Position numbers and translations under genes: made by a program. A stretch of 64,000 nucleotides of DNA, from positions 47,422 to 111,421 of the forward strand of contig JAOAEL010000002.1 of assembly GCA_026416845.1 (NCBI GenBank), given 5' to 3'. The notes beneath the pieces are model-generated. The model did no database searches, was not told where the DNA came from, and saw nothing but the letters and a program-made list of their open reading frames with translations. Positions within the stretch are counted from its first letter, which is position 1. Every line of letters begins with the position of its first letter. The DNA is from Patescibacteria group bacterium (GTDB lineage Bacteria > Patescibacteriota > Microgenomatia > UBA8517). Positions 21,381-31,648 of this stretch are shown piece after piece.

Positions 21381-21410
21381 TATAATTTAGCTAAGTGGCA
21401 GATAAAAAAA

Positions 21411-21791
21411 TTATTCCCTTTTTTGGGCGCATTTTGCACACATGGTGGCTTCCGGCTCTACCATAAGCCTGCCTGTGTCTATCATCTTTCCGCAATCTTC
21501 ACATATCCCATATTTACCCACTTTTATCATGCTAAGAGCTTTTTTAACTTGAATAATTCTTTTATCAACCTCAGACTTAAGCGAACTAGTTATAATGTGT
21601 CCATACTGCTCAGCTGCATCAGTATCAATAGAAGCGTTATCAGATAACCGAGAATTATCCAAAAACGGATCAGAACTAGAAACATTTACTTTAGTTTTTT
21701 GAAGTTGAGATAACCTTTTTGTTAAGAAACTTTTAACTTTAATAAGAAAATTATCCTTAAAATTAATATTTAAATTTTTGTTTTTTTTCAT
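21411..21791 (-). CDS. DksA/TraR C4 zinc-finger protein
   Basis: YGICEDCG...RL..P.A.MCAKC with coiled-coil D-x-x-D-A acidic tip. Confidence 0.85.
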   Translation of the reverse strand: MKKNKNLNINFKDNFLIKVKSFLTKRLSQLQKTKVNVSSSDPFLDNSRLSDNASIDTDAAEQYGHIITSSLKSEVDKRIIQVKKALSMIKVGKYGICEDCGKMIDTGRLMVEPEATMCAKCAQKRE

Positions 21792-22387
21792 ATTTTATTC
21801 AATTTGTAAAAACCAAATAGTACCAAAAACAAAAATAACAGTGAAAAACTCATCTCTAATCTTGAATTTAAGCTTAACACATCTGGCAAAAAAACTCCAA
21901 CTAAAAATCTTCCTAAAAAAAAGGCGAATAAAGTTATAACCCCAGCAATTCCAATTCTCCCTGATTTATACCAAACAAATTGTTTATAAGATCGAAAAAC
22001 AAAATGATACAAAAAAATTAAAGACACAACAGAACAAAAATTAATCAATTCAGCAAAATCGCGTTTAAATCCAAGCAAAATCGCCGCTCTTGCAAAAAAA
22101 CACCACAAACAAGAAATTGTCAAAACATCAACAATCTCAAAAAACTTAACTTTCTTTTTCTTGGACTGGATATAAACAGATACTCCTAAACCTAGTAAAA
22201 CAAACCAAAAAATTGCATCTTTGTAAAAGTAAGACGGGATTAGAAATAACGAAGTCAAGCCAAATATAGAAAGCCCGAGAGAAAAAATTAAATTTTCTGA
22301 CAAATCTTCACGCAACCTTCTCCATAAGAAAAATATTCCAACAAGAGACAAAAACAGAAAGAAAAATATTTCTAACGCAAAATACAT
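21788..22387 (-). CDS. Membrane protein, possibly divergent Lgt-like
   Basis: Multiple TM helices; Y-x-x-F-x-W-Y-K-S-G-R-x-G segment and RFLV resemble the Lgt C-terminal region (inference). Confidence 0.5.
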   Translation of the reverse strand: MYFALEIFFFLFLSLVGIFFLWRRLREDLSENLIFSLGLSIFGLTSLFLIPSYFYKDAIFWFVLLGLGVSVYIQSKKKKVKFFEIVDVLTISCLWCFFARAAILLGFKRDFAELINFCSVVSLIFLYHFVFRSYKQFVWYKSGRIGIAGVITLFAFFLGRFLVGVFLPDVLSLNSRLEMSFSLLFLFLVLFGFYKLNKI

Positions 22388-22455
22388 TTTAGTTTTGAAT
22401 TTAATGATACAAATTTGACATTAAAACTTCCACCTAGTAACATTTCTAGTAGTTT

Positions 22456-22947
22456 ATGCTAGAGACTCCCCATGTAGTAGTAGGGGCCGCACTTGCCGCT
22501 AAAGTCGTAAATCCTTTTCTTGCCATTCCTCTTTCCTTTGCAAGCCATTTTGTGCTTGACACTGTACCTCACTGGAACCCTCACATCTCCACAGAAAAAC
22601 GAAAATTTGGTCACATTACAAAAAAAAGCGTTTTTATAATATCTGCAGATGTTATTCTTGCTCTACTAATTGGAACCGCAATTTCAATCGCAATTTCTTA
22701 TACACAAGATCCGAATCAAGGGATAATTTTTAATTGGAAACAATTTGCAATCTCCATGCTTTGTTGCTTTGCGGCAGTTTTGCCCGATGTGATAGAAGCT
22801 CCATTGTTTTTCACAAAATACAGATCAAAATTTCTTGAAATTTGGCTTAAGTTTCAAAAATCTATCCAAAATGATACAAATTTCTTCTGGGGAATCATCA
22901 CTCAAGTTTTAACTATTTCCGCCGCTTTGTATTGGATATTTGGATAA
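22456..22947 (+). CDS. Membrane protein with His/Asp motifs (metal-dependent hydrolase-like)
   Basis: TPH, SHFVLDTVPHW, LPD motifs within TM segments. Confidence 0.6.
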   Translation: MLETPHVVVGAALAAKVVNPFLAIPLSFASHFVLDTVPHWNPHISTEKRKFGHITKKSVFIISADVILALLIGTAISIAISYTQDPNQGIIFNWKQFAISMLCCFAAVLPDVIEAPLFFTKYRSKFLEIWLKFQKSIQNDTNFFWGIITQVLTISAALYWIFG

Positions 22948-22949
22948 CT

Positions 22950-23513
22950 TTACTCTTTTACCCTTTCAACATACTCGCCTGTTCTTGTATCGACTCTTAC
23001 TTTATCTCCTTTTTCCACAAAAAGAGGGACGCGCACGGAAATTCCATTTTCCAAAACTGCAGACTTGTACATATTTGAAGCTGAATTACCCCTGACACCA
23101 GGATCTGTCTCTGCAACTTTTAGAATCACTTTGGGAGGAATATCTACACCCAAAACTTTATCTTCCCAGAGCACAACAGTAACAGTTTCTCCCTCTTTGA
23201 TATAAGGAAGCTCATTTTCCAAAACATCTTTTTGCACTTCCAACTGTTCATAATTTGAAGGATCCATGAACACCACATTTGCACCATCCTGATAAAGGTA
23301 CTGAAGAGTACGTTTAGTTGTTTTTGCTTCTTCAACTTTGACCGAAGAAGAAAAAGTTTTTTCAACAACAGATCCTGAGATTAAATCTCTTGCCAAAACA
23401 CGCACTGTGGCTCCGCCTCTGCCCATTTTTATGAAAGTGTACTTAAGCACTTTGTGCGGTTTGCCATCGTGCAAAAACGCTGTCCCGTTTCTTAAATCAG
23501 AAGCGCTTATCAT
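22950..23513 (-). CDS. efp: Elongation factor P
   Basis: DLRNG, LQYLYQDG, FMDPSNYEQ, TDPGVRG, VPLFV, DTRTGEYVER. Confidence 0.95.
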   Translation of the reverse strand: MISASDLRNGTAFLHDGKPHKVLKYTFIKMGRGGATVRVLARDLISGSVVEKTFSSSVKVEEAKTTKRTLQYLYQDGANVVFMDPSNYEQLEVQKDVLENELPYIKEGETVTVVLWEDKVLGVDIPPKVILKVAETDPGVRGNSASNMYKSAVLENGISVRVPLFVEKGDKVRVDTRTGEYVERVKE

Positions 23514-23606
23514 AAAATTTTACCTACCTCAAAGGGTATTTTACTTTAAAAAATCTAAAAATCAAAGCCAGATGCAAAATCCTTGAAATACTTGAATTTT
23601 CAAAAT

Positions 23607-24779
23607 TCACCTGTTGCCCTTTGCCCGATTGTGAGTTTTGCAAAGCATTTGACAATTTTCCATGGTGCTTCCGCCACCTTTGCTCCATGCCGTCACATGA
23701 TCCGCGTCCATTTCCGAAAAATCCCAAATCTTTATTTTGTTTGAATCATTTCCCAGCGTGCAAAGCGGGCAATTAGAAATTCCGTTTGCTTTTGCTTGCT
23801 GAGTTTGTCTTTCATAAACGGTTTTCTTTATAGCATCATCAAATACGCGAACATCAAGAAGGGTAGTGTCTTGCATTCCGCCTAGAATGTACTCAAAAAT
23901 GCCTTTTCTGTTTCTCACATACGGGTCGGCATAAAGTCGGGACACTTCCTTGGAAACTTCTTGTGGATTATAGGAGTTTCCATGATACTCTTCATACATT
24001 CTCCCCCACTCTAACCCGCACATTTCGTCTTTAACATCAATAAAAACCCCTGATACCCAATCGATAACCGTATTAAAGTAAGTTTTAAGCTCATCGATAT
24101 TATCATCATACCTGTGCCTGCTCATATATTCGCTTACATTGCCGCGGCTTACCCAATCTAAAGCAGTGCGCAAAAAATCCTGTCTGTTGACATTGCCTCT
24201 CACATACGCTTTCCATTTATTCACATTAGCATTTTGACTGTTGCTAAATTCCGCTCTCGCCAGAGTTACAAAAGGACCAGAATAAACAGCGTTCAAAAGC
24301 TCCTGCTCGTTAAGCGGCACGCCGGCAATATTTATTGTCTTGAACCATTCTTTTATTTCGCTTTCTGTGCCCTCGCAGATGTAAATGAGAAGTTTGGTAT
24401 CCAAAATTCTTTGTTTTTTGTCAGAGGACATATTATGAAAATATTGCGGATTTCCATGTTCATCAAAAATAGCAAATTTACCGGTAATAAATCGTCCAAG
24501 ACTAGTGATGCGTTGTTGGCCATCCAAAACTTCATACTTATCCTCGGCAACTTTATTAAAATAAATCAAGCCGATTGGGTAACCTTTCAAAACAGACTCG
24601 ACCACCGCCATTTCCTTTTTCCCACCATCCATGCTGGAGTAAATATAATTTCGCTGGTATTCCGGCTGAATTACCAATCTGCCTGACCAACCAAAAAGCC
24701 CCTTGCCTTCAAGCTCGTTATAGACAAAGCCCTCGCAAACTTCTTTGATTGTTATATCTGTGCGAAGTGTGGTGTTCAT
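23607..24779 (-). CDS. DUF262 (ParB/Srx-like, GmrS-type) plus C-terminal HNH nuclease
   Basis: PEYQRNY, LDGQQR, F..IN..G..L motifs; CPLC...DADHVTAWSKGG...NCQMLCKTHNRAK. Confidence 0.88.
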   Translation of the reverse strand: MNTTLRTDITIKEVCEGFVYNELEGKGLFGWSGRLVIQPEYQRNYIYSSMDGGKKEMAVVESVLKGYPIGLIYFNKVAEDKYEVLDGQQRITSLGRFITGKFAIFDEHGNPQYFHNMSSDKKQRILDTKLLIYICEGTESEIKEWFKTINIAGVPLNEQELLNAVYSGPFVTLARAEFSNSQNANVNKWKAYVRGNVNRQDFLRTALDWVSRGNVSEYMSRHRYDDNIDELKTYFNTVIDWVSGVFIDVKDEMCGLEWGRMYEEYHGNSYNPQEVSKEVSRLYADPYVRNRKGIFEYILGGMQDTTLLDVRVFDDAIKKTVYERQTQQAKANGISNCPLCTLGNDSNKIKIWDFSEMDADHVTAWSKGGGSTMENCQMLCKTHNRAKGNR

Positions 24780-25894
24780 AATTTCCTATGCTTTATAAAA
24801 ATTCTTTTAAACAACTCTTTCCCGTTCATAAAAACCCCACGACCATAAATGCCATTTGGATCTTGGTTTACACCACGACTAGATCCCACTATCTCAAACT
24901 GCTCCGGATTGTATTTATCCAAAAAACTAATCGGCACGCCCATTATACCATCATAATCGCTTGGGATAGCCTCTGTGTACGACACCTCTATGGCATCGTA
25001 ATTGTCGTACTTCTGGTAGCACGCGGGATTGTTTTGAACCTTTTTGTTGAACTTTTTGTTTTCTTCCATAGTCATCAGTTTTAGGGGCTGATGTCGCCTG
25101 CCATGGTCAAGGTTGGTGAACCAACAAGAATTCCCTAGCCTTGTATAATTGCCAACATACCCTAATCTGGCAGCTTTTTGTTTGTATTTTTCATCAACTG
25201 GGAATCCTTCAGGAACAGCAAAAACCATATCAACACCATTACCTGTTGCGCCAAGCCATATTTTATTTTGCTTGATAAGGGGAAAAATCTCTTTATAAGT
25301 TATCGCATTCATATTACCGATTATCAAAAACTTTTTGTCGTAATCTATAAGTTGTCTGACATACTCTCTAAAAAGAGAAAACGGCGGATTGGTGACAACA
25401 ATATCTGATTGCTTCAGAAGCTCTATGCATTCCTCGCTTCTGAAATCGCCATCACCTTTTAACGGTTCCCACTCGTTGTGTTTGTTTTCTTTGAGAATTT
25501 TGGCTATGTCTTCCAAATCAAATTGGCCATTTTCATCAACATCGGCAACATCATTGACAATAAATCTATTGGCGGTAACTTTAGGCCTGCCTTTTTGCGG
25601 TGGAAGGGTAGGATCGTCGCCAAATAGGGCAAGCTGAGTATTGGCGACAGGAGATGGTTTATAGCTTGTGGTAATCAACTTTTTAAGCCCAAGTTTTTTA
25701 AAGTTTAAAACAAAGTATTTAAAAAAATTACTTTCAAAGGGATCATCGCAATTGCAGTAAATTACTTTGTCTTTAAAAGCGTCCGGGTTGTATTCAAGAT
25801 AGGCTTCAACCTCCTTTTGGATATCCTGATATTGCGTGTAAAATTCATCGTTTTTGGCTTTTTTTGCTTTGGTCAGATTCGTGTTTGGCATCAA
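24776..25894 (-). CDS. Adenine-specific DNA methyltransferase, EcoRI family
   Basis: KNDEFYT, YCNCDDP, GDGDFRS, VTNPPFSLFRE, GVPISFLDKYNP; 4-nt overlap with the nuclease gene. Confidence 0.9.
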   Translation of the reverse strand: MMPNTNLTKAKKAKNDEFYTQYQDIQKEVEAYLEYNPDAFKDKVIYCNCDDPFESNFFKYFVLNFKKLGLKKLITTSYKPSPVANTQLALFGDDPTLPPQKGRPKVTANRFIVNDVADVDENGQFDLEDIAKILKENKHNEWEPLKGDGDFRSEECIELLKQSDIVVTNPPFSLFREYVRQLIDYDKKFLIIGNMNAITYKEIFPLIKQNKIWLGATGNGVDMVFAVPEGFPVDEKYKQKAARLGYVGNYTRLGNSCWFTNLDHGRRHQPLKLMTMEENKKFNKKVQNNPACYQKYDNYDAIEVSYTEAIPSDYDGIMGVPISFLDKYNPEQFEIVGSSRGVNQDPNGIYGRGVFMNGKELFKRIFIKHRKL

Positions 25895-25942
25895 ACAAAA
25901 ATTTAGGCATAGAAAAAATTAGGCATAAAAAAATTTTTCAAG

Positions 25943-26027
25943 TGCCCAGGGCGAGATTTGAACTCGCACAAGATGTTACTCTTACAGGTTTTTGAGACCT
26001 GCGTGTCTACCGTTCCACCACCTGGGC
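25943..26027 (-). tRNA. tRNA-Leu(CAA)
   Basis: GCCCAGG acceptor stem, TGGTGGAACGGTAGACAC D-arm, CAGGT-CTCAAAA-ACCTG anticodon arm, long variable arm, GTTCAAAT T-loop, discriminator A, no encoded CCA. Confidence 0.95.
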
Positions 26028-26094
26028 ATAAGCAAAAATCAATAAGCTTAACTTTCGTATTTTAACATTTGAGAAAAAACTTATAAACAAATTA

Positions 26095-27411
26095 TTAAGC
26101 TCTTGCCGTCTCTCTGCTATAAAATTTCACCTGATCACCTTTGAAAAATAGTTTAATGGAAGCAAGAGGCCCGTTTCTATGTTTGGCAACATCAAGCGCT
26201 ATGTTATTCATATTTTCGTCGTCTTCGCGATACAAAAACATCACCACATCAGCATCTTGCTCTATGCTCCCACTCTCTCTAAGATCCGCAAGTTGAGGTT
26301 TTTTCTCCCCCCTGTGTTCCACAGCTCTTGAGAGTTGGGAAAGCGCAAGAACAGGAATTTTAAGTTCCCTTGCCAAATTTTTAAGCCCCTGTGAGATTTC
26401 GCCTACTTCTTGCACACGATTTTCTAAATTCCTGCTTCTGGCAAGTTGCAAATAATCAACTATCAAAAGCTCAAGCCCCTGTTCCACCTGAAGCCTGCGA
26501 GCGCGACTTCGCATCTCAAGTATGGATAATGCCGGAGTATCGTCTATAAAAATAGGAGCGTCATACAATATTCCCATTGCTTCGGATAATTTTGCAAATT
26601 CGTCTTCTGTGAGCCTGCCGGTTTTTAATTTCCAAGAGTCTATCTCCGCATGGGCAACCAAAAGCCTGTCATTAAGCTCTTCCTTGCTCATTTCCAAAGA
26701 AAAAAAACCAACAGGCTTTTTGTTTTTTACTGCCACATAAGAAGCTATATTAAGGGCAAGGGCAGTCTTCCCTACACCCGGTCTTGCCGCAAGAATTATG
26801 AGATTAGAAGGTTGCAATCCTGATAATGTTTTATCCAAATCAGCAAAGCCCGTTGCCACCCCGCGCATTTCTCCGGGATTTTTATAAAGCTCATCCAATC
26901 TGTCAAAACTAACAGTCAAAACATTTTTTATATGCTCAAAACCCTTGGAAGAACTTTGCGTGGATAATGAATAAACTTCAGACTCAGCTTTGTCCAAAAG
27001 CTCAGAAACGCTCATGCTGTCATCTGTGGACATCTCCACAAGCTTGCTTGCGGTTTTTAGAAGAGATCTTTTTATGGCAAAATCCCGAACAATCCTGCCA
27101 TAATGCTCAACGTGAGCGGTTGTGGGAACCTTGTTTGATAAGTCAGTCAAAAATGTTAAACCACCTATCGATTTTAGAAGCTTCTTTTTTTTAAGCCGCT
27201 CAGAAATTGTCAAAACATCAATTGGAATTCTTTCGTCAAAAAGCTCAAGCGCCACAAGGTAAACTTCTTTAAGCCTGCCGTCATAAAAATCATCAGGAGA
27301 CAAAAACTCCGCCACCGCAACAATTGCGTCTTTATCCAAAAGCAAGGACCCAACAACAGACTCCTCTGCTTCCTGAGAATGCGGAGGTATTCGTGGTGAT
27401 TTGTCAGCCAT
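26095..27411 (-). CDS. dnaB: Replicative DNA helicase
   Basis: PPHSQEAE, AARPGVGKT, FSLEMS, IVDYLQL, SQLSR, LRESGSIEQDAD, KHRNG. Confidence 0.98.
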   Translation of the reverse strand: MADKSPRIPPHSQEAEESVVGSLLLDKDAIVAVAEFLSPDDFYDGRLKEVYLVALELFDERIPIDVLTISERLKKKKLLKSIGGLTFLTDLSNKVPTTAHVEHYGRIVRDFAIKRSLLKTASKLVEMSTDDSMSVSELLDKAESEVYSLSTQSSSKGFEHIKNVLTVSFDRLDELYKNPGEMRGVATGFADLDKTLSGLQPSNLIILAARPGVGKTALALNIASYVAVKNKKPVGFFSLEMSKEELNDRLLVAHAEIDSWKLKTGRLTEDEFAKLSEAMGILYDAPIFIDDTPALSILEMRSRARRLQVEQGLELLIVDYLQLARSRNLENRVQEVGEISQGLKNLARELKIPVLALSQLSRAVEHRGEKKPQLADLRESGSIEQDADVVMFLYREDDENMNNIALDVAKHRNGPLASIKLFFKGDQVKFYSRETARA

Positions 27412-27486
27412 AATACTTTTTACAAAAATTACAAAAAAGCTTATTCTTCAGGGCAGATTAGAAGAAACAACCTAAAAATCAAATTA

Positions 27487-28134
27487 TCACTTTCTATTGA
27501 AGATAACAATTTTTCTCTCTTCGGCGACATCGGATTTTTTTATAGAAAGTTTGTCTAAAGTTTCAACCGGCATGGCGTAAGCCTTCACAAACTCGGAGAC
27601 TTCTTCCAGCATTCCAAATGCGCTTTGCGATAAACCCTCAGATTTATAATGCATCGGCACAACTATTGGAGCGTCTATGTCTTGCGCCACCTTTGCCGCC
27701 ACTTCTGAGTCTATGGTATAGACTCCGCCCGTGGGTATAAGCAATATATCTATAGATCCCATCTCTTCTATTAACTGATCGCTTAAAACATGCCCCAAAT
27801 CTCCCAAATGAGCAATCCTAAAACCATCTATTTCAATAACAAAAATTGTGTTTTTACCTCTAAGCTCTCCTTTCTTATCATCATGATATGAGGGAAATCC
27901 AAGAAAAGACACTCCCATAACTTCATACTCTCCAGGCGCGTCAATCACTTTTTTGGCATTTGCCACTCCCTGCAAATAATTATGATCCGCGTGCTGATGA
28001 GAAACGCAAACAATATCCGCTTCGGTTGTAGGAAATTTAATGCCAACAAAAGCAGGATCAAAAGGATCTGTAACTACTGTCGCGCTTTTGCCTTTTAATT
28101 TAAAGGATGAATGCCCCAAATAAGTAATATCCAT
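27487..28134 (-). CDS. MBL-fold metallo-hydrolase
   Basis: MDITYLGHSSF, SHQHADH, HLGDLG, PMHY; ATG at 28134 preferred. Confidence 0.88.
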   Translation of the reverse strand: MDITYLGHSSFKLKGKSATVVTDPFDPAFVGIKFPTTEADIVCVSHQHADHNYLQGVANAKKVIDAPGEYEVMGVSFLGFPSYHDDKKGELRGKNTIFVIEIDGFRIAHLGDLGHVLSDQLIEEMGSIDILLIPTGGVYTIDSEVAAKVAQDIDAPIVVPMHYKSEGLSQSAFGMLEEVSEFVKAYAMPVETLDKLSIKKSDVAEERKIVIFNRK

Positions 28135-28303
28135 ACAAAAAATTACAAATCTTAAGATGCATAGTATCAAAACAAAAATTACAGAACAAGCTTAAGTTTT
28201 TTGTGTGACCACAAAACAAGATATAAAAGATATAATTTGTAAATACTAACCTTTATCTGATATAGTACTCAAGGTGCTATATTCTTTAAAGCACTTAATT
28301 AAG

Positions 28304-29314
28304 ATGCGAAAAGAAGCATTGTTTGCAGTTTTGGCAGGAATTTTGCTGGGAATTGTAGTAGCCTTTGGTATATGGAGAACAAATAATGCTCTTGTTAAAA
28401 CGCAAACCAACAAATTTTTGACAGAAGAAAGTTCTCAAGTTCAACAATCTGCCACTAAAACTTCCAAAATACCCAACATCAACAGCCAAATTGTAATTGC
28501 TTACCCAAACAATCTAGATGTGTTTACGTACGAAACAGTCAACATTAAAGGTTTAGCCACACCAAATTCCAAAATTGTCATTTCAAACAACCAAAATGAC
28601 TATATAACAACAACAGACACTCAAGGCGCGTTTAACCAAGAAATCAGTTTAGACGGAGGTGAAAACAAAATTACAATTGCAATCCCCGAAAGCCACCAAA
28701 TAAACATGACAGTTTTTTATTCAAGCGAACTGCAAAAACAATTAAGTCAAAGTCCAAATACAGCTACACAAAGTGCTGAACAAAAAGCTCAAGAAAAAGC
28801 AAAATTTGCCGAATTAAAAATCAAGGCTTTTATGGGAACAATCACTGACAAATCAGATACCTATCTGCAAATGAAAAACTTGGACGGAACAATACAAATA
28901 ATCGGCATTGATGATAAAACAACCGCAATAAATGAAAAAACAAGAAAAACAATTGCAAAAACTGACATTGCCATTGGAGATTATGTTGTCGTTTTGGGAT
29001 CTAACATAGAAGATAAAGAAATTAAAGCTTTAAGAATAATTGTTTCATCTTACCAAGAAACAGAAAGTGTCAAATTCATAAAAGCTAGTGTGACAAAAAC
29101 CGCAAAAAACTTGCTTGAAATTAAAATTGGCGAAGATAAAAAAATGACACTTATTCCAACTAAAAACGCGAAAATAAAATCTGAAACAGAAGATCGGACA
29201 AATTACAAACCAATTAAACTAACAGATATAAAAACTAACAACACAATTATCGCCGTTGGACAAGAAAAAAAAGATGAATTTGAAGCAAGAACAATATTTA
29301 GGTTAATGTACTAA
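28304..29314 (+). CDS. Membrane-anchored exported protein (Ig-like plus DUF5666-like repeats)
   Basis: N-terminal TM; G.F...I.L..GEN.I.I Ig-like motif; two DI..GD/N.V...G......A..I repeats. Confidence 0.6.
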   Translation: MRKEALFAVLAGILLGIVVAFGIWRTNNALVKTQTNKFLTEESSQVQQSATKTSKIPNINSQIVIAYPNNLDVFTYETVNIKGLATPNSKIVISNNQNDYITTTDTQGAFNQEISLDGGENKITIAIPESHQINMTVFYSSELQKQLSQSPNTATQSAEQKAQEKAKFAELKIKAFMGTITDKSDTYLQMKNLDGTIQIIGIDDKTTAINEKTRKTIAKTDIAIGDYVVVLGSNIEDKEIKALRIIVSSYQETESVKFIKASVTKTAKNLLEIKIGEDKKMTLIPTKNAKIKSETEDRTNYKPIKLTDIKTNNTIIAVGQEKKDEFEARTIFRLMY

Positions 29315-29390
29315 AAACAAAACACAAAAAGATAATGTCTATTCGTTTTGTTTTGAAATAAGCTTTTGATCGAAAACTGTAGTTGTTATA

Positions 29391-30650
29391 ATGACACCTA
29401 TGCTTACAAATCTTCAAACTCTAAAAGGATTTCGCGATTTTTTGCCAAATGAAGCAAGAAAAAGAGCTTACGCAATAGATGTGATAAAACAAGTTTTTGA
29501 AAATCACGGCTTTGAGCCCATAGAAACCCCTGCTTTAGAATATCAAGAACTTTTACTCGGAAAATATGGGAGCGAAGCTGATAAACTAATCTATAAATTC
29601 AAAGATAATGGTGGCAGGGATATTGCCCTTCGTTATGATCAAACAGTGCCTGCAGCTCGCGTTTTGGCAATGTATAACCAAAATCTTCCAATGCCTTTTC
29701 GACGATATCAAATTCAAACAGTCTGGAGAGCAGAAAACACTCAAAAAGGAAGATACAGAGAATTTTTGCAATGCGACGCGGATATTTTTGGCAGCCATGA
29801 TCCACTCGCCGATGCAGAGTGTATATTTCTTGCCTATGCGATTTACAAAAAACTAGGATTTAATGAATTAACAATCTATTTAAACGACAGAAACATACTT
29901 TTTGATATATTAGAACAAGTAGGAATTAGCCAAAGTTTGCAACTTTCAGTCATTCAGACTATAGATAAACTTGACAAAAAACAAAAAGATGAAGTAGCAA
30001 GTGAACTTTCACAAAAAGGGCTAAGCGCAAAAACAATTGACAATTTATTTGAACTCCTGAAGTACCAAGCCCCAAGCGATTATCTTCAAAAAGTGATAAA
30101 ACACTCTAAAGCTTTAGGTGTGCCAGAGAATTCGATAGCCTTTTTTCCAGCTCTTGCTCGCGGGCTTGACTACTACACTAGCACGATTTTTGAAATCAAA
30201 GCCAAAGGCTACGAATCAGGATCCTTACTTGGGGGAGGACGCTATGACAAGCTCATTGCAAATTTATGCGGCATTGACATTCCAGCAGTTGGTTTTGCAA
30301 TTGGATTTGATAGAACAATTGATGCGATGACTCAACTTAATTTATTCAATCAAAGCGCAGGTAATTTAGGAACTTTGGTTGCAGTATTCTCAGAAAACTT
30401 GCTAGAAAAATCTATAGAAATTGTAAATCTGTTAAGAAATCAGAATATCAGCGCAGAAATTTATCCAGATGTATCAACAAAACTTGACAAACAGTTAAAG
30501 TATGCCGATAAAAAGGGATTGACGTGGTTTATTGTAGTAGGACCATCTGAAGCGGAAAAAGATACCGCAATCATCAAAAATCTAAAAACTGGACATCAAG
30601 AAGAAGTAAAAGCAAAAGAAATTTGCAAAAAGATAAATCAATTTTCTTAA
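29391..30650 (+). CDS. hisS: Histidyl-tRNA synthetase
   Basis: KGFRDF, LRYDQTVP, GRYREFLQCDAD, ARGLDYY, GGGRYD. Confidence 0.97.
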   Translation: MTPMLTNLQTLKGFRDFLPNEARKRAYAIDVIKQVFENHGFEPIETPALEYQELLLGKYGSEADKLIYKFKDNGGRDIALRYDQTVPAARVLAMYNQNLPMPFRRYQIQTVWRAENTQKGRYREFLQCDADIFGSHDPLADAECIFLAYAIYKKLGFNELTIYLNDRNILFDILEQVGISQSLQLSVIQTIDKLDKKQKDEVASELSQKGLSAKTIDNLFELLKYQAPSDYLQKVIKHSKALGVPENSIAFFPALARGLDYYTSTIFEIKAKGYESGSLLGGGRYDKLIANLCGIDIPAVGFAIGFDRTIDAMTQLNLFNQSAGNLGTLVAVFSENLLEKSIEIVNLLRNQNISAEIYPDVSTKLDKQLKYADKKGLTWFIVVGPSEAEKDTAIIKNLKTGHQEEVKAKEICKKINQFS

Positions 30651-30685
30651 AAAACTAAAAAAACAAACTTGCGGTTAATAATTTC

Positions 30686-31624
30686 TTGCCCATGAATCAC
30701 AAACAATTCGCATTCTTTCTCCTTTTTATTGTTTCTTTGATATGGGGATTCGCGGCAGTGGTTATAAAATTCACTCTTGACGGTATATCTCCTCTCCCCT
30801 TTCTGACCTATCGATTTTTAATATCCGCGGCAATCGCAATAGCAATCTTTACTCTTACGAAAAACAAATATAGTTATAAGCCAAAAACATGGCTTGGTAT
30901 CTTCATATATTCGGTTTTGTCCACCACATTCGCTCTGGGATTTCTGTTTCTAGGGCTAGATAAAACAACAGTACTTGAGCTTTCCTTAATCACTTTAATC
31001 GGACCACTTATTACTTCCTATGCGGGAGTTGTTTTCTTAAACGAACACATAACAAAACGAGAAAAAATAGGCACATTGATAGCTTTTTTAGGAACAATAT
31101 TTACAATAGTCGAACCAATACTTAAAGCAGGAGATAACTTTAGTAGTATAGCCGGAAACATTTTGCTTTTTGTTTATTTAGCAGGAGACGTTGCATCTGT
31201 GATCTTGTTGAAAAAATTGGTTAGAGAAAAAATACCACCACTTTTTTTGACAAATATCTCTTTTACCATCGGATTTATTGTTTTAATTCCCATTTCGTTT
31301 GTGTTTTTGGGAATTAACAAATTTATAAACACTTTGATAAACTTAGACTTCATTTACCATTTAGGAGTAATCTATATGGCAATTATATCAGGAACAACGG
31401 CATATGCTTTGCGCGCCAAAGCCCAAAAGACTCTGGAGGTTGGACAAACAGCAATATTCGGTTACCTTACACCTGTTCTTTCGATGCCACTTGCTGTCAT
31501 TTTTCTAAACGAAAAAATAACACCAATGTTTATCTTGGGCGCAATTATTGTCATTACAGGAATATTTATCGCGGAAACCAAAACAAATTCTAAAAAACAT
31601 ACTCATATTGCTCACAAAAAATAA
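30686..31624 (+). CDS. DMT/EamA family transporter
   Basis: IWG motif, 10 TM helices, duplicated FLNE..T motifs. Confidence 0.88.
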   Translation: MPMNHKQFAFFLLFIVSLIWGFAAVVIKFTLDGISPLPFLTYRFLISAAIAIAIFTLTKNKYSYKPKTWLGIFIYSVLSTTFALGFLFLGLDKTTVLELSLITLIGPLITSYAGVVFLNEHITKREKIGTLIAFLGTIFTIVEPILKAGDNFSSIAGNILLFVYLAGDVASVILLKKLVREKIPPLFLTNISFTIGFIVLIPISFVFLGINKFINTLINLDFIYHLGVIYMAIISGTTAYALRAKAQKTLEVGQTAIFGYLTPVLSMPLAVIFLNEKITPMFILGAIIVITGIFIAETKTNSKKHTHIAHKK

Positions 31625-31648
31625 ATCAAGTATAATCATGCTGCTACT

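Noticed and set aside
23514-23606. attR duplication of the tRNA-Leu 3' end bounding the methyltransferase-nuclease cassette
   Set aside because: No copy of the tRNA 3' sequence found between efp and the nuclease gene
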